Origin: Candidatus Latescibacterota bacterium
GTDB lineage: Bacteria > Latescibacterota > UBA2968 > GCA-2709665
Assembly: GCA_965222075.1 (NCBI GenBank)
Contig: OZ244937.1
Coordinates: forward strand, 2,816,001-2,880,000
Reading direction: 5' to 3'
Length of the DNA: 64,000 nucleotides
In this document: one piece after another, positions 43,234 through 53,513 of the stretch
Position numbering within the stretch: the stretch's first letter is position 1
How the letters are laid out: each line of letters starts with the position of its first letter
Position numbers and translations under genes: made by a program
Notes under the pieces: generated by a model
What the model saw: the letters and a program-made list of their open reading frames with translations, nothing else
Database searches by the model: none
Told to the model about the DNA's origin: nothing

Positions 43234-45276
43234 ATGGCCGGCCGCGTTCGTATCGGCGTTGATATCGGCGGCACGTTCACCGACATCGTCGCCGTCGATG
43301 GGACGGTGGGAAAATACAATATCCTCAAAGTCCCCTCAACGCCCACCAATTACGTGCTTGGGATCAAAACCGGCTTGGAGCGCCTGTTTTCAGAGCACGG
43401 GTGGCGCCCCAACGATGTGGCGTTGTTCTTCCACGGCACCACGGTAGCAACCAATACGGTCATTGAGAAGAAAGGCGCAAAAACGGGTCTTTTGACCACC
43501 GCGGGTTTTCGCGATGTGCTTGAAGTGGGGCGCACCGAACGTCCCCCCCTTGACCTCTACAACCTCGCCATGGAACGCCCAAAGCCCCTTGTTCCTCGCC
43601 GGCTTCGTTTGGGGGTACCCGAACGTATCAACCACAGGGGGGAGGTGGTAGAACCGCTCGACACGGAGGCCGTCCGCGAGGCCATCGACCGGATGCTGTC
43701 GATGGACATTGAGGCCCTGGCCATCTCCTTCCTCAACGCCTACGCCAATCCCGTCCACGAACGCCGGGCAAGAGAAATTGCCCGATCCCTCCGACCCGAC
43801 CTCTATGTGGCCGTCTCCTCCGAGGTGAATCCCCAGTTCAAGGAATTTGAGCGCACCAGCACAACGGTCTTGAGCAGCTACGTAGGCCCTCGCGTCAGCC
43901 GTTACATGGAAGGCATGAAAACCGTGCTGGCCGAACTCGGCGTCAAATCTCCGCTGCACATCATGCAGGCCAGCGGCGGCGCGATGACCGTGGATGCCGT
44001 GGCAGAACGTGCCGTCCGTACGGTTCTTTCCGGCCCCGCAGCCGGCGTTCTTGGAGCCCTGAAAGTCGGCGAGGCCGTCGATGAACCCAATTTTGTCTCC
44101 TTCGACATGGGCGGGACGAGTACGGATGTCTCCCTGGTAAAAAACGGGCAGTTCCGCATCGTCGAAGAGACAAAAGGAGTGGGCTATCACCTCCGGATGC
44201 CAATGATGGACATCACCACCATTGGCGCCGGAGGCGGCAGCATCGCCTGGATCGACACGGGCGGCGTCTTAAAGGTAGGTCCCAACAGCGCCGGCGCCGA
44301 GCCGGGACCGGCCTGTTACGGTATTGGGAGGAATGCAACGGTAACCGACGCCCACATCCTTCTGGGGTACATTGACCCGGGGTTCTTCCTCGGCGGCGAA
44401 ATGCGCCTCGATACGAAACGGGCGCACAAGTCGATGCAGCAGAAGGTGGCAGTGCCCCTTGGCCTGAGCGTGGAGAAGGCCGCCGCCGGTATCGTCCGGA
44501 TCGCCAATGCCAACATGATCCGCGCAATCAAACGCGTATCCATCGAACGCGGGCACGACGTGCGGGATTTCAGCCTCATCCCATTCGGCGGGGCCGGCGG
44601 ACTCCATGCGGGCCAGCTCCTGGGGGAACTGGGCATGCGGCGGATCATCGTACCCATCTACCCCGGCGTCCTTTCCGCCTGTGGCCTTGTGGAGGCGAAC
44701 CTGGAATACCAGCGCGTGCAGACGATCCTGAAGCGGCTGGACGGTGTCGATGCGTCCACCCTGCGAGGCTTCTACGCCAAGCTGGAGATACGCGGCCGGA
44801 AGGAAATGCGCCACATCCAGGGTGAGGCCCTTCGGTTCAAACGTGCGGCGAACCTGCGGTATCGCAAGCAGGTCCGGCAGGTCACCGTCGAACTCGGCAG
44901 CGAATGGGCAGACCACACCCGCATCCGCCGGCAGTTCTGCGAAGCGCACGAAAGGCTTTACGGCTACGCCACGGATGAACCCGTAGAAATCGTGGACATC
45001 CGTGTTGCGTGTATCCACCCACCCACAGAAGCGGTCGATTGGGGCAAAGCAGCAGGGGACGGGGCAGACCCCAAAAAAGGCAGCCGCCGGGCCTATTTCG
45101 AAGAACTCGACGGCTTTGTGGACTGCCCGGTATATGCGCGCAGCAACCTGGGTCGGGATTTTAGCGTCCAGGGGCCCGCAATCGTCGAACAGGATGAAAC
45201 CAACACCGTTGTCCGCCCGGGCCAGACGCTTACGGTGCACCCTTCGGGCAACCTGTTCATCTCACCAGGTCCATGA
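43234..45276 (+). CDS. Hydantoinase A/5-oxoprolinase subunit
   Basis: GVDIGGTFTD, HGTTVATN, DMGGTSTD, GAGGGSIA. Confidence 0.93.
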   Translation: MAGRVRIGVDIGGTFTDIVAVDGTVGKYNILKVPSTPTNYVLGIKTGLERLFSEHGWRPNDVALFFHGTTVATNTVIEKKGAKTGLLTTAGFRDVLEVGRTERPPLDLYNLAMERPKPLVPRRLRLGVPERINHRGEVVEPLDTEAVREAIDRMLSMDIEALAISFLNAYANPVHERRAREIARSLRPDLYVAVSSEVNPQFKEFERTSTTVLSSYVGPRVSRYMEGMKTVLAELGVKSPLHIMQASGGAMTVDAVAERAVRTVLSGPAAGVLGALKVGEAVDEPNFVSFDMGGTSTDVSLVKNGQFRIVEETKGVGYHLRMPMMDITTIGAGGGSIAWIDTGGVLKVGPNSAGAEPGPACYGIGRNATVTDAHILLGYIDPGFFLGGEMRLDTKRAHKSMQQKVAVPLGLSVEKAAAGIVRIANANMIRAIKRVSIERGHDVRDFSLIPFGGAGGLHAGQLLGELGMRRIIVPIYPGVLSACGLVEANLEYQRVQTILKRLDGVDASTLRGFYAKLEIRGRKEMRHIQGEALRFKRAANLRYRKQVRQVTVELGSEWADHTRIRRQFCEAHERLYGYATDEPVEIVDIRVACIHPPTEAVDWGKAAGDGADPKKGSRRAYFEELDGFVDCPVYARSNLGRDFSVQGPAIVEQDETNTVVRPGQTLTVHPSGNLFISPGP

Positions 45277-47048
45277 CCGGATTTCAGGAGCAGCCCATGA
45301 TAACAATCGATCCCATATCGATGGAGGTCCTGGGCAACGCGGTCCTCTCCATCTGTGAGGAAATGAGCATCGTCCTTTCAGGCACCGCCCGTTCACCCCT
45401 GTTGCGCGAGTCCGGTGATTTTTCCTGTACCCTCCACAGCGGCAACGGCCAGCTGGTCGCCCAGACCAACACCCTTCCGGCGCTGGCGAGCCTGGCCCGC
45501 AGCGCCGTCCTCAGCCTGGGCGAATTTGTTGATATTCCAAACGAAGCGGAGCCGGGTGACATCTACTACACGAATCACCTGGAAATCGGGGGGTCCCACT
45601 TAAGCGATGTGAAGGCAATCGCCCCCCTGTTCTATAAGGACGAAATCGTGGCGTGGGTGGCCAACTGCGCCCACTGGCCAGACGTTGGCGGCGCCTTCGC
45701 CGGGGGCTATGTCTGCGCCACAGACATCTTTCAGGAAGGCTTTCTCATCCCGCCCGTCAGGTTTTTCCGACAAAACCGGTTGAACCGGGAGACCGTCGAC
45801 TTCGTCCTGAACAACGTACGCGCCCCCGACGAGAGGCTGGGGGACATCCTCGCCCAGGCAGCGGCGGTTCGGCGGGGAAAAACCCGCCTTGTGGAACTGA
45901 TCGAAACCTACGGGCTGGAAACGCTTCAGACCTTCTTTAAGGCCTACCTCGATTACACAGAGAAGCGCGTACGGCACGAAATCCGCGGAATAAAAAACGG
46001 CGTTTACACATTCCAGGACAGCATGGACAACGACGGCATCGGCGAGTTGCCCGTGGGCATAAAAGTCAAAGTGACGGTCCACGACGACAGTATAAGCTTC
46101 GACTTCACCGGATCGGACCCGCAGGTGCAGGGGCCGATCAACGCCACCCCCTCGGTCGTCTGGGCAGGGGTCAATTTTGCGGTTCGGGGCGTAACCGATG
46201 CGTTGATTCCGATTAATGAGGGCGTGTACCGGCCGCTGGAGGTGATCGTTCCGGAAGGCTGCTGGTTGAACGCGAAGCACCCCGCGCCCCGGCAGCACAG
46301 CACCCACGAAACGGGCCACCGGGTGATCGATTGCACATTGGGGGCGCTGGCCCGGGCAGTCCCGGACCGGGTGCCCGCTGCGATGCATGGGACCAGCTCG
46401 ATCCTGATCATGTGCGGCGACGACACCCGCCTCGATCCCCCCGAGTTCTTCATGTTTTTCGATTGCGTCGCCGGCGGTTTCGGGGGGCGCCCGGACAAAG
46501 ACGGCATCGATGGCATCCGCACCGGTATAGGCAATGCGACAAATATCCCCGTCGAGCTTGCCGAAGTCGAATTCTCGCTGGTAACCGAAAAATACGAATT
46601 GATCACCGACAGCGGCGGCCCGGGCAAGTATCGGGGCGGCTGCGGCCTGCAGCGTATTATGCGCGTTGATGGCGGTCCCGACGCCAGGGTGCTGTGCATT
46701 TCTTCTTCAGAGCGAACCGTCGGCCGCCCGTACGGGCTGCAGGGGGGAAAGCCCGGCGCACCGGGGCGCTGGGGCGTGAACCTGGCCACCCCGAAGGAGG
46801 CGCCATTGAAAGGGAAAGACCACCGCTGGCTCGGCACCGGTGAGACCTGTTCGGCCGGCGCTCCCGGAGGCGGCGGGTGGGGCGATCCCTTCGAACGTGC
46901 GCCGGACGCCGTTCTGGAAGATGTCTTAGAGGAGAAGATCTCTCTGGCCTCCGCCGCCAGGGATTACGGCGTGGCCATCCGGTCCGACAGCATTGACCGG
47001 GAGGAGACGGCCCGGTTGCGCCGGGGAAAGGGGCATCGCGACGGCTAA
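45273..47048 (+). CDS. Hydantoinase B/5-oxoprolinase subunit
   Basis: DFSC, HLSD, HWPDVGG, DSGGPGKYRGG, GGGGWGDP. Confidence 0.92.
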   Translation: MTGFQEQPMITIDPISMEVLGNAVLSICEEMSIVLSGTARSPLLRESGDFSCTLHSGNGQLVAQTNTLPALASLARSAVLSLGEFVDIPNEAEPGDIYYTNHLEIGGSHLSDVKAIAPLFYKDEIVAWVANCAHWPDVGGAFAGGYVCATDIFQEGFLIPPVRFFRQNRLNRETVDFVLNNVRAPDERLGDILAQAAAVRRGKTRLVELIETYGLETLQTFFKAYLDYTEKRVRHEIRGIKNGVYTFQDSMDNDGIGELPVGIKVKVTVHDDSISFDFTGSDPQVQGPINATPSVVWAGVNFAVRGVTDALIPINEGVYRPLEVIVPEGCWLNAKHPAPRQHSTHETGHRVIDCTLGALARAVPDRVPAAMHGTSSILIMCGDDTRLDPPEFFMFFDCVAGGFGGRPDKDGIDGIRTGIGNATNIPVELAEVEFSLVTEKYELITDSGGPGKYRGGCGLQRIMRVDGGPDARVLCISSSERTVGRPYGLQGGKPGAPGRWGVNLATPKEAPLKGKDHRWLGTGETCSAGAPGGGGWGDPFERAPDAVLEDVLEEKISLASAARDYGVAIRSDSIDREETARLRRGKGHRDG

Positions 47049-47067
47049 CGAAAAGGTTATGCGCCAT

Positions 47068-47538
47068 CTAATCCCCTTCCCGCTCCTGCCACACCAGTTC
47101 CAGCCCGGACTCCTTGAGAAGCTGCTGGTAGACCTCCTCCAGTTCAAACTCGTAATCGTATGGTTCCACATACAATATCCTGGTGACCCCCGCCTGGATC
47201 GACTCCTTGAGGCACCAAAAACAGGGCCGCGTGGTCGAATAAAGCACAGCCCCCTCGGTGCGCGCCCCGTGCCGCGCGGCAAAGGCAATCGCGTTTTGCT
47301 CTGCATGTACGCACAGGCAGGTATCCGTCCCCTGTCCCGAAGGAATATCGGACGCGCAGCGTGGGCAGCCCCCCTCAAAGCAGTTCTTCACCCCCATCGG
47401 CGTCCCGTTGTAGCCGGTACTGATGATATTCCGGTCCTTCACAATCACCGCCCCGATCTGCCGGCGGATGCAGTTGGACCGCTCCGACACATTGTAGGCG
47501 ATATTCATAAAATAGCGGTCCCAGTCTGGCCTGTTCAT
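47068..47538 (-). CDS. dCMP deaminase family protein
   Basis: WDRYFM, TGYNG, HAEQNA, PCFWC. Confidence 0.92.
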   Translation of the reverse strand: MNRPDWDRYFMNIAYNVSERSNCIRRQIGAVIVKDRNIISTGYNGTPMGVKNCFEGGCPRCASDIPSGQGTDTCLCVHAEQNAIAFAARHGARTEGAVLYSTTRPCFWCLKESIQAGVTRILYVEPYDYEFELEEVYQQLLKESGLELVWQEREGD

Positions 47539-47744
47539 GCCTGGAAATCCTTTCGGTGTTTTGGACGTGCCCTTAATATAATTCCTCACAAACGGAGAAA
47601 CAAGCATCAGACGAAAAGATATCAATTTTTACTTGTATCAAACACAATCTAAGGTATATTTTCTCAAGCTAAAAACCAACAGACCAAATCGGTGCAACCG
47701 CCGGTCTTCAAAACAATAAGAACCCAAAAGGTGAAATATTGCAA

Positions 47745-48473
47745 ATGCATCCCACAACAACAGCCGAAGCCCTGGACATCCGGGAAAGAGGCAAGCCCAT
47801 AGACGGCGTACCCCAGATCATCGACCGCCGACTTTACATGCAACTCCACGTGTTTGGCAACTGTCCCTACCCTGAAACGCTCATCGATCCCGTACAGAAC
47901 AGCGGCCTGGAATGCGTCCTCTACAGCGACCTGAACGACCCGTGCGGCGTTGGCATGTTAACCATCGCCGAATCCCCTGACACGCTTGTGGAGGAAGCCC
48001 GGTCGCTCCTGCGGAACGAACCGTTTGCATCCCTGCATCGCAAGCCGGAACTGACGATGGTCGGACGGACCTATTCCACCGGTTTCGAACCCGACCTGGA
48101 AGACATGCTCTTGGCCAAACCCCGCCGGAACAGTCTCAACCCCCAGTGGCTCTGGGCCGTTTGGTACCCCTTGCGGCGCAAACCGAAATTCGGACTCCTC
48201 TCCGGGGAAGAAACAGGGAAAATACTGGGAGAACACGCCCGCATCGGCAGGACCTACGCCCGGGCCGGCTACGCGAACGACATTCGCCTGGCCTGTTACG
48301 GCCTCGATCAGAATGACAACGACTTTGTCATCGGCCTTGTAAGCGCCGACCTCTATCCCCTCTCCCGCATCGTACAGGAAATGAGAAAGACCCAGCAGAC
48401 GGCAAGATACATCCAGTCTCTCGGCCCCTTCTTCGTGGGCAAGGCCGTCTGGCAGAGCCCGATGCAAGCGTAG
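47745..48473 (+). CDS. Chlorite dismutase/coproheme decarboxylase family
   Basis: WYPLRRK, EHARIG, GLDQNDNDFVI, GPFFVG. Confidence 0.8.
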   Translation: MHPTTTAEALDIRERGKPIDGVPQIIDRRLYMQLHVFGNCPYPETLIDPVQNSGLECVLYSDLNDPCGVGMLTIAESPDTLVEEARSLLRNEPFASLHRKPELTMVGRTYSTGFEPDLEDMLLAKPRRNSLNPQWLWAVWYPLRRKPKFGLLSGEETGKILGEHARIGRTYARAGYANDIRLACYGLDQNDNDFVIGLVSADLYPLSRIVQEMRKTQQTARYIQSLGPFFVGKAVWQSPMQA

Positions 48474-48544
48474 AAAATCACAGGAATCAACGAACTCACC
48501 TTCCAGACCCTTCTCCTGCGTGCGGGAGAAGAGAAGCAAAAGAG

Positions 48545-49315
48545 CTAAGAAGCTGATTCGTTCAGCTTATCCAGGATGGCCCGCCGCATCGCCCACTCCG
48601 TCACCCGCGGAAACCACAGCCCAAGCGTCGCAAACACCCGATTTCCAACCCCTGGAATCAGCACCCGTTTCCGCGCCACCACCGCCCGGTAGATCCGGTC
48701 TGCCAGCGCTTCAGGCGGCATTCGGCGGTGTTCCCGGCTGTTGTCCGGGCTGTACCGTCTGGCGTGCGCCGTCCGCGTTGGCCCCGGAAAAACCGTCAGC
48801 ACGTGCAGGTCGGCCAGTGCGGCCGAAAGACTCCGCGCATACGACGCCAGCCCGGTCTTGCTTGCCGCATACGCCGCAGCTCCGGGGTAGCTGACAAAGT
48901 GTGACAGAGAAGACACAAACACCAGCGTTGCCCCGGGGGCCAGCTTATCCGCCTTCAGAAGCTCCGCTGTCAGCACCATTGGCGCGGTCAGATTCAGGTC
49001 GATCACCGCCCGCTGCCGGTCGATCCGCACCTCCGGAAACCGGCCCACCGCGCTGATGCCTGCATTGTAGACCAGCACATCGATCGCTGGCCCACCGCAC
49101 AGGGCCTCCACAGCCCGATCGATCCCCTCCTCTGTGCCAAGATCGGCAACCACAAAAGAGACCGTCCCCCCTTTCCGCTCCAGATTGACCCATGTCTGCG
49201 CCGCCCGGTCCGCATCCACATCGATCCCCACAACCGATACGCCTGTCTGGGCGAACCGCCCGGCCAGCGCCCGACCGATTCCGTCGGCCGCGCCTGTAAT
49301 CACGCAGTGGGTCAT
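48545..49315 (-). CDS. Short-chain dehydrogenase/reductase
   Basis: TGAADGIG, NAG, YAASK. Confidence 0.9.
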   Translation of the reverse strand: MTHCVITGAADGIGRALAGRFAQTGVSVVGIDVDADRAAQTWVNLERKGGTVSFVVADLGTEEGIDRAVEALCGGPAIDVLVYNAGISAVGRFPEVRIDRQRAVIDLNLTAPMVLTAELLKADKLAPGATLVFVSSLSHFVSYPGAAAYAASKTGLASYARSLSAALADLHVLTVFPGPTRTAHARRYSPDNSREHRRMPPEALADRIYRAVVARKRVLIPGVGNRVFATLGLWFPRVTEWAMRRAILDKLNESAS

Positions 49316-50067
49316 CGTGATGTTCTCCGCATCGCACCGTCAACCGCCCCGCCCAAGAACCGCCCGGCAAACCTCAACAAACGGTTCCCTGCGCCTACCG
49401 TCACAACCGGCCGTCTCCCCGCAATCGCCCGTGCAATCTTTGCCGCAACCCGCTCCGCCGGTGAAAACCGTTCCCAGTCCACCCTGTCCCGCGTCAACCC
49501 GATCTTGGCGTGCAGTCCCGTCCGCGTCGCCCCCGGGTGGACCACCTGCACCCAAACCCGGCCCTTCAGTTCTGCTCGCAAACTCCGGCCAAACGCCTCC
49601 AGCGCCGCCTTCGTCGCGGCATAAACCGCATAGTCCGGGCACGCAATCGCCGACGCAACCGACCCGATCAGCACCATCTTCCCCCCGGTCTGCTCCAGGT
49701 AGGGATACAGCCTGTGCGACAGCAGAATCGGCGTGGTCAAATTCACGGCCAGAACTTGCCGAATGCTCGCCCGCGTCTGCTCCTCCACCGGCCCGTAATA
49801 CCCCGTCCCCGCGTTCTGAATCAGCAGATCGATCCCCTCGATTTCCTGCGTCTGGAGAAACCGCTCGATTTCATCCGCACAATAATCCCCCGACAGGTCC
49901 GCCCGGCAATACGTCTGAGGCGTAAAAAAATCAGGGTCCAGATCCGAAAGCGAACGCCGCCCCACCAGCACCGGCCGCGCCCCCTGCACCCGATAAATCC
50001 GGGCCAGCGCCAGCCCGATCCCGTCCGTCGCCCCGGTAATCAGCACCGTTTTTGCAGAAAAAGCCAC
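49312..50067 (-). CDS. Short-chain dehydrogenase/reductase
   Basis: TGATDGIG, NAG, YAATK. Confidence 0.9.
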   Translation of the reverse strand: MAFSAKTVLITGATDGIGLALARIYRVQGARPVLVGRRSLSDLDPDFFTPQTYCRADLSGDYCADEIERFLQTQEIEGIDLLIQNAGTGYYGPVEEQTRASIRQVLAVNLTTPILLSHRLYPYLEQTGGKMVLIGSVASAIACPDYAVYAATKAALEAFGRSLRAELKGRVWVQVVHPGATRTGLHAKIGLTRDRVDWERFSPAERVAAKIARAIAGRRPVVTVGAGNRLLRFAGRFLGGAVDGAMRRTSR

Positions 50068-50222
50068 CTTATCACGCCTCGAAGTCGGAAAATAATGAAG
50101 AGGGGTGCGCGCCCCACAGATAAAAGATACAACAAAACACTTGACGAAAGGGCCTCCAACATGCTATCAATATCTTAGACCGTTGATGGGATACCCATTG
50201 CCTCGATCCGGGAGAGCGGACC

Positions 50223-51476
50223 ATGATCCAAAACATCGAAGCACTTCACTTTCGATGCCTTCGCTACATTGCTCAACCACTCGCCCCTTTCCACATCCTG
50301 GTCGGACCCAATGCCAGCGGCAAAACGACCTTCTTGGATACTGTCGCATTCCTGGGCGACCTCATCTCCGGCGGACTTGAAAGCGCAATCGAAGGCCGCA
50401 CGAACGACCTGCGGGACCTCGTCTGGCAGCGAAAAACCGACCGGTTTGAACTGGCGGTCGACCTGCGGGTGCCCGAAGGGAAAAACGACCTCTTCCCGGA
50501 CCGCGAATACAGCCGGTGCCGCTACGAAATCGCCATTGGCCCGGCGCCTGAAACCGGAGAAACCGTGATCCTCTCCGAACGCGTCCTGCTCCTCTCCAAC
50601 GGCCACAGAGGTGACCGGGAAGTTGTGCAGGAATCTCTCTTTCCGGTAGACCGACCGGCCCCGGAAACCCTTGCCCTCCCCCGCATCCGGGGCGCCAAAA
50701 CCGTTGTCCATAAAGTCAGGGGCGGAAACGACAAATTCTACGACGAAAACGGAACGGGATGGGACCACTCCTTCAAGCTGGGCCCCGGAAAGTCCGCCCT
50801 GGCCAACCTGCCCGAAGACGAAACCCGGTTCCCCATCACCACCTGGCTCAAAAGCGTGCTGATAGAGGGCGTCCAGCGCCTCGTCTTAAACAGCGCGCGC
50901 ATGCGTCGCCCCAGTCCCCCGGGCCAGCCCCGCCGCTTCAGTCCAGACGGCTCCAACCTCCCCTGGGTCGTTTCGGCCCTGGAAGAAAAAACGCCCCTCC
51001 GCCTCTCAGAGTGGGTCGCACACCTCCAGACGGTCCTGCCCGATCTGGAAGCCATACGGACCGTCGAACGCCCGGAAGACCGGCACCGCTACCTGGTCGT
51101 CGAATACAAAAACGGCCTCGAGATCCCCTCCTGGACAATCTCGGACGGCACCCTGCGCATGCTGGCCCTTACCCTGCCGGCCTACCTCCCCGACTTTGAA
51201 GGCATCTACCTCATCGAAGAACCGGAAAACGGCATCCATCCACGTGCCGTGGAAACCGCATTCCAGTCCCTCTCATCTGTACAGGACGCCCAGATCCTCC
51301 TGACCACCCATTCGCCCGTCATCATCAGCATCGCAGAAGCCTCCCAGATCCTCTGCTTCTCAAAAACCGAAGCAGGCGCGACGGACATCGTCTTAAGCAC
51401 CGAAAACCCCGCCCTGCGCGACTGGCGTGGAGAGACAAACCTCGGCGTCCTGTTTGCAGAAGGCGTGTTTGGGTAA
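50223..51476 (+). CDS. ABC-type AAA_21 ATPase (defence-associated family)
   Basis: GPNASGKT, SDGT, LIEEPENGIHP, TTHSP. Confidence 0.85.
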   Translation: MIQNIEALHFRCLRYIAQPLAPFHILVGPNASGKTTFLDTVAFLGDLISGGLESAIEGRTNDLRDLVWQRKTDRFELAVDLRVPEGKNDLFPDREYSRCRYEIAIGPAPETGETVILSERVLLLSNGHRGDREVVQESLFPVDRPAPETLALPRIRGAKTVVHKVRGGNDKFYDENGTGWDHSFKLGPGKSALANLPEDETRFPITTWLKSVLIEGVQRLVLNSARMRRPSPPGQPRRFSPDGSNLPWVVSALEEKTPLRLSEWVAHLQTVLPDLEAIRTVERPEDRHRYLVVEYKNGLEIPSWTISDGTLRMLALTLPAYLPDFEGIYLIEEPENGIHPRAVETAFQSLSSVQDAQILLTTHSPVIISIAEASQILCFSKTEAGATDIVLSTENPALRDWRGETNLGVLFAEGVFG

Positions 51477-51502
51477 ACATCCCAGTTGCGAGAAAGGAAC
51501 CC

Positions 51503-52678
51503 ATGTCAGACAAGGAACTCACCCTCCGCTACGGATGCAACCCACACCAGACCCCGGCCAGGGTCTATCACAAAAGGGGTCCCCTGCCCTTCACCGTCCT
51601 CAACGGCGCCCCCGGCTACATCAACCTCCTGGACGCCCTCAACGCCTGGCAGCTCGTGCGGGAACTCCGCCAGGTGCTCGACCTGCCCGCTGCGGCCTCG
51701 TTCAAACACGTCAGCCCCGCCGGGGCGGCCGTATCCATTCCCTTAAGCGACCCCCTCAAAAAGGCCTACTTCGTAGACGACATGGACCTCTCCCCCTCAG
51801 GCGTTGCCTATGCCCGCGCCCGGGGTGCAGACCGGCTCTCCTCTTATGGAGACTGTGCGGCGCTCAGCGACCCGGTTGACGTCCCCACTGCCCGGCTGCT
51901 GCGCCGGGAGGTCTCCGATGGGGTGATTGCCCCCGGCTATGAACCGGATGCCCTGAAAATCCTGAAAAAGAAAAAAGGGGGCAGCTACATGGTCCTCCAG
52001 ATTGACCCCGATTACGAACCGGAAGAGATGGAGACGCGGCACGTCTTCGGCATTACTCTGGAACAGAAGCGGAACAGCCTGGTCATCGGCCCGGAAATCC
52101 TCGAAAACGTCGTCACCAAAAATAAGCAACTCCCTCCCGACAAAGCCAGGGACCTCCTGGTCGCCACCATCGTCCTGAAATACACCCAGTCCAACTCTAT
52201 CTGTCTCGCCACCGACGGGCAGGCCGTCGGCATCGGCGCAGGACAGCAGAACCGGCTCGCCTGCACCCACCTGGCCGCAACCAAGGCCGAGGCCTGGTGC
52301 CTGCGTCAGCACCCGGCCGTGCTCGACCTGAAATTCAAAAAGGGCCTGAAACGGCCCGAAAAGATCAATGCCATCGAACGCTACCTGAAGGGAGAAATGA
52401 CCCCGGAAGAGCAAAATGTCTGGAAGGCCGCCTTTAAAGAGGTCCCCCAGGATTTAAGCGCCGAGGCCAAACGGGAATGGCTGAGGCGCTTAGACGGTAT
52501 CTCCCTCAGCTCAGACGCCTTAATTCCCTTCCGGGACAACATCGACCGGGCCGCCCGTAGCGGAGTGAAATACGTGGTCCATACCGGAGGGTCCATGCGG
52601 GATGACGACGTCGCCGCCGCCGCCGACGAATACGGGATGGTCATGGCCATCTCCGGCGTCCGGCTCTTCCACCATTGA
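51503..52678 (+). CDS. purH: AICAR transformylase (short PurH type)
   Basis: LRYGCNPHQ, SFKHVSPAG, KYTQSNS, GAGQQ, SSDA, RLFHH. Confidence 0.88.
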   Translation: MSDKELTLRYGCNPHQTPARVYHKRGPLPFTVLNGAPGYINLLDALNAWQLVRELRQVLDLPAAASFKHVSPAGAAVSIPLSDPLKKAYFVDDMDLSPSGVAYARARGADRLSSYGDCAALSDPVDVPTARLLRREVSDGVIAPGYEPDALKILKKKKGGSYMVLQIDPDYEPEEMETRHVFGITLEQKRNSLVIGPEILENVVTKNKQLPPDKARDLLVATIVLKYTQSNSICLATDGQAVGIGAGQQNRLACTHLAATKAEAWCLRQHPAVLDLKFKKGLKRPEKINAIERYLKGEMTPEEQNVWKAAFKEVPQDLSAEAKREWLRRLDGISLSSDALIPFRDNIDRAARSGVKYVVHTGGSMRDDDVAAAADEYGMVMAISGVRLFHH

Positions 52679-52724
52679 AATCCGTTCCGAAAGCCTGCGC
52701 CCCTGGGTTGGACGATTTCATACC

Positions 52725-52776
52725 TTAACGTTACGTCAAATTTTCGATTGACTTTAACGTTACGTCAAAGTATATT
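52725..52776 (+). promoter_or_regulatory. Promoter with duplicated MerR-type operator
   Basis: TTAACGTTACGTCAAA at 52725-52740 and 52754-52769; TTGACT...TATATT. Confidence 0.65.
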
Positions 52777-52829
52777 TATGAAGAAATTCAGTCCCCCATC
52801 CAGAAAGAGAAAAACCGGGAAATTGCCCT

Positions 52830-53324
52830 ATGTCCCATCGCAGCGATAAGGAAAACGAAACCATGCACATCGGCAGGTTGGCTCAGCAGGCGGGTACCAC
52901 CACTCGCACCGTACGCTACTACGAAGAGATGGGACTGATACGGCCCGAAAGTCGGAGCCCTGGAGGCTTTCGCTGCTACTCCGGAGAGCAACTCGCCCGG
53001 CTGCGGATGATCCTGAGTCTCAAGGAAATGGAGTTCGACCTTGAACAGATCAAGGTCATTCTGGACAAACAGCACGAAAACGGCACCGGCGGAGAACTGG
53101 CCGCTGCCATTTTAAAAGACCTCAACAGTCGTCTCGAAGAGGTCGACAACCAGATCGAACACTACCTCCAGCTTCGCGACAAATTGAGGCGGAGCATTGA
53201 CAGCCTCTGCAGTTGTCTCCCCTGTGAACTCAGGCTGGAAGAGCGCCTCTGTCCCAGTTGTGATGTGCTGCGCATAGAAAAAAAGGAATCCCTTCCCTTC
53301 TTCCATGCGATCCTGTCCAACTGA
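52830..53324 (+). CDS. MerR-family transcriptional regulator
   Basis: IGRLA...RTVRYYEEMGLI; C-terminal Cys cluster. Confidence 0.92.
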   Translation: MSHRSDKENETMHIGRLAQQAGTTTRTVRYYEEMGLIRPESRSPGGFRCYSGEQLARLRMILSLKEMEFDLEQIKVILDKQHENGTGGELAAAILKDLNSRLEEVDNQIEHYLQLRDKLRRSIDSLCSCLPCELRLEERLCPSCDVLRIEKKESLPFFHAILSN

Positions 53325-53513
53325 TTTAGACTAAAAAATGCACCGCCAGTTCCCGGACCTCCTACAGTCGAAAACTGGCGGCTTGCAAGAGGATGCACCC
53401 CAGAGAATGTGACAACAGAGAATACAGCCTCCTGTTTCTGATTAATATAAAATATAAAGGACGGTTCTCAAATTGTCAACCCGCCTGTCTACACAACGAG
53501 AGATGTCACAGAG

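Noticed and set aside
47311-47321. GCACAGGCAGG half-site in dCMP deaminase (similar half-sites near 26308 and 39563)
   Set aside because: No partner arm, and each encodes ordinary-looking residues (CLCVHAE, ILPAAE, AQAGK); likely chance in GC-rich DNA.
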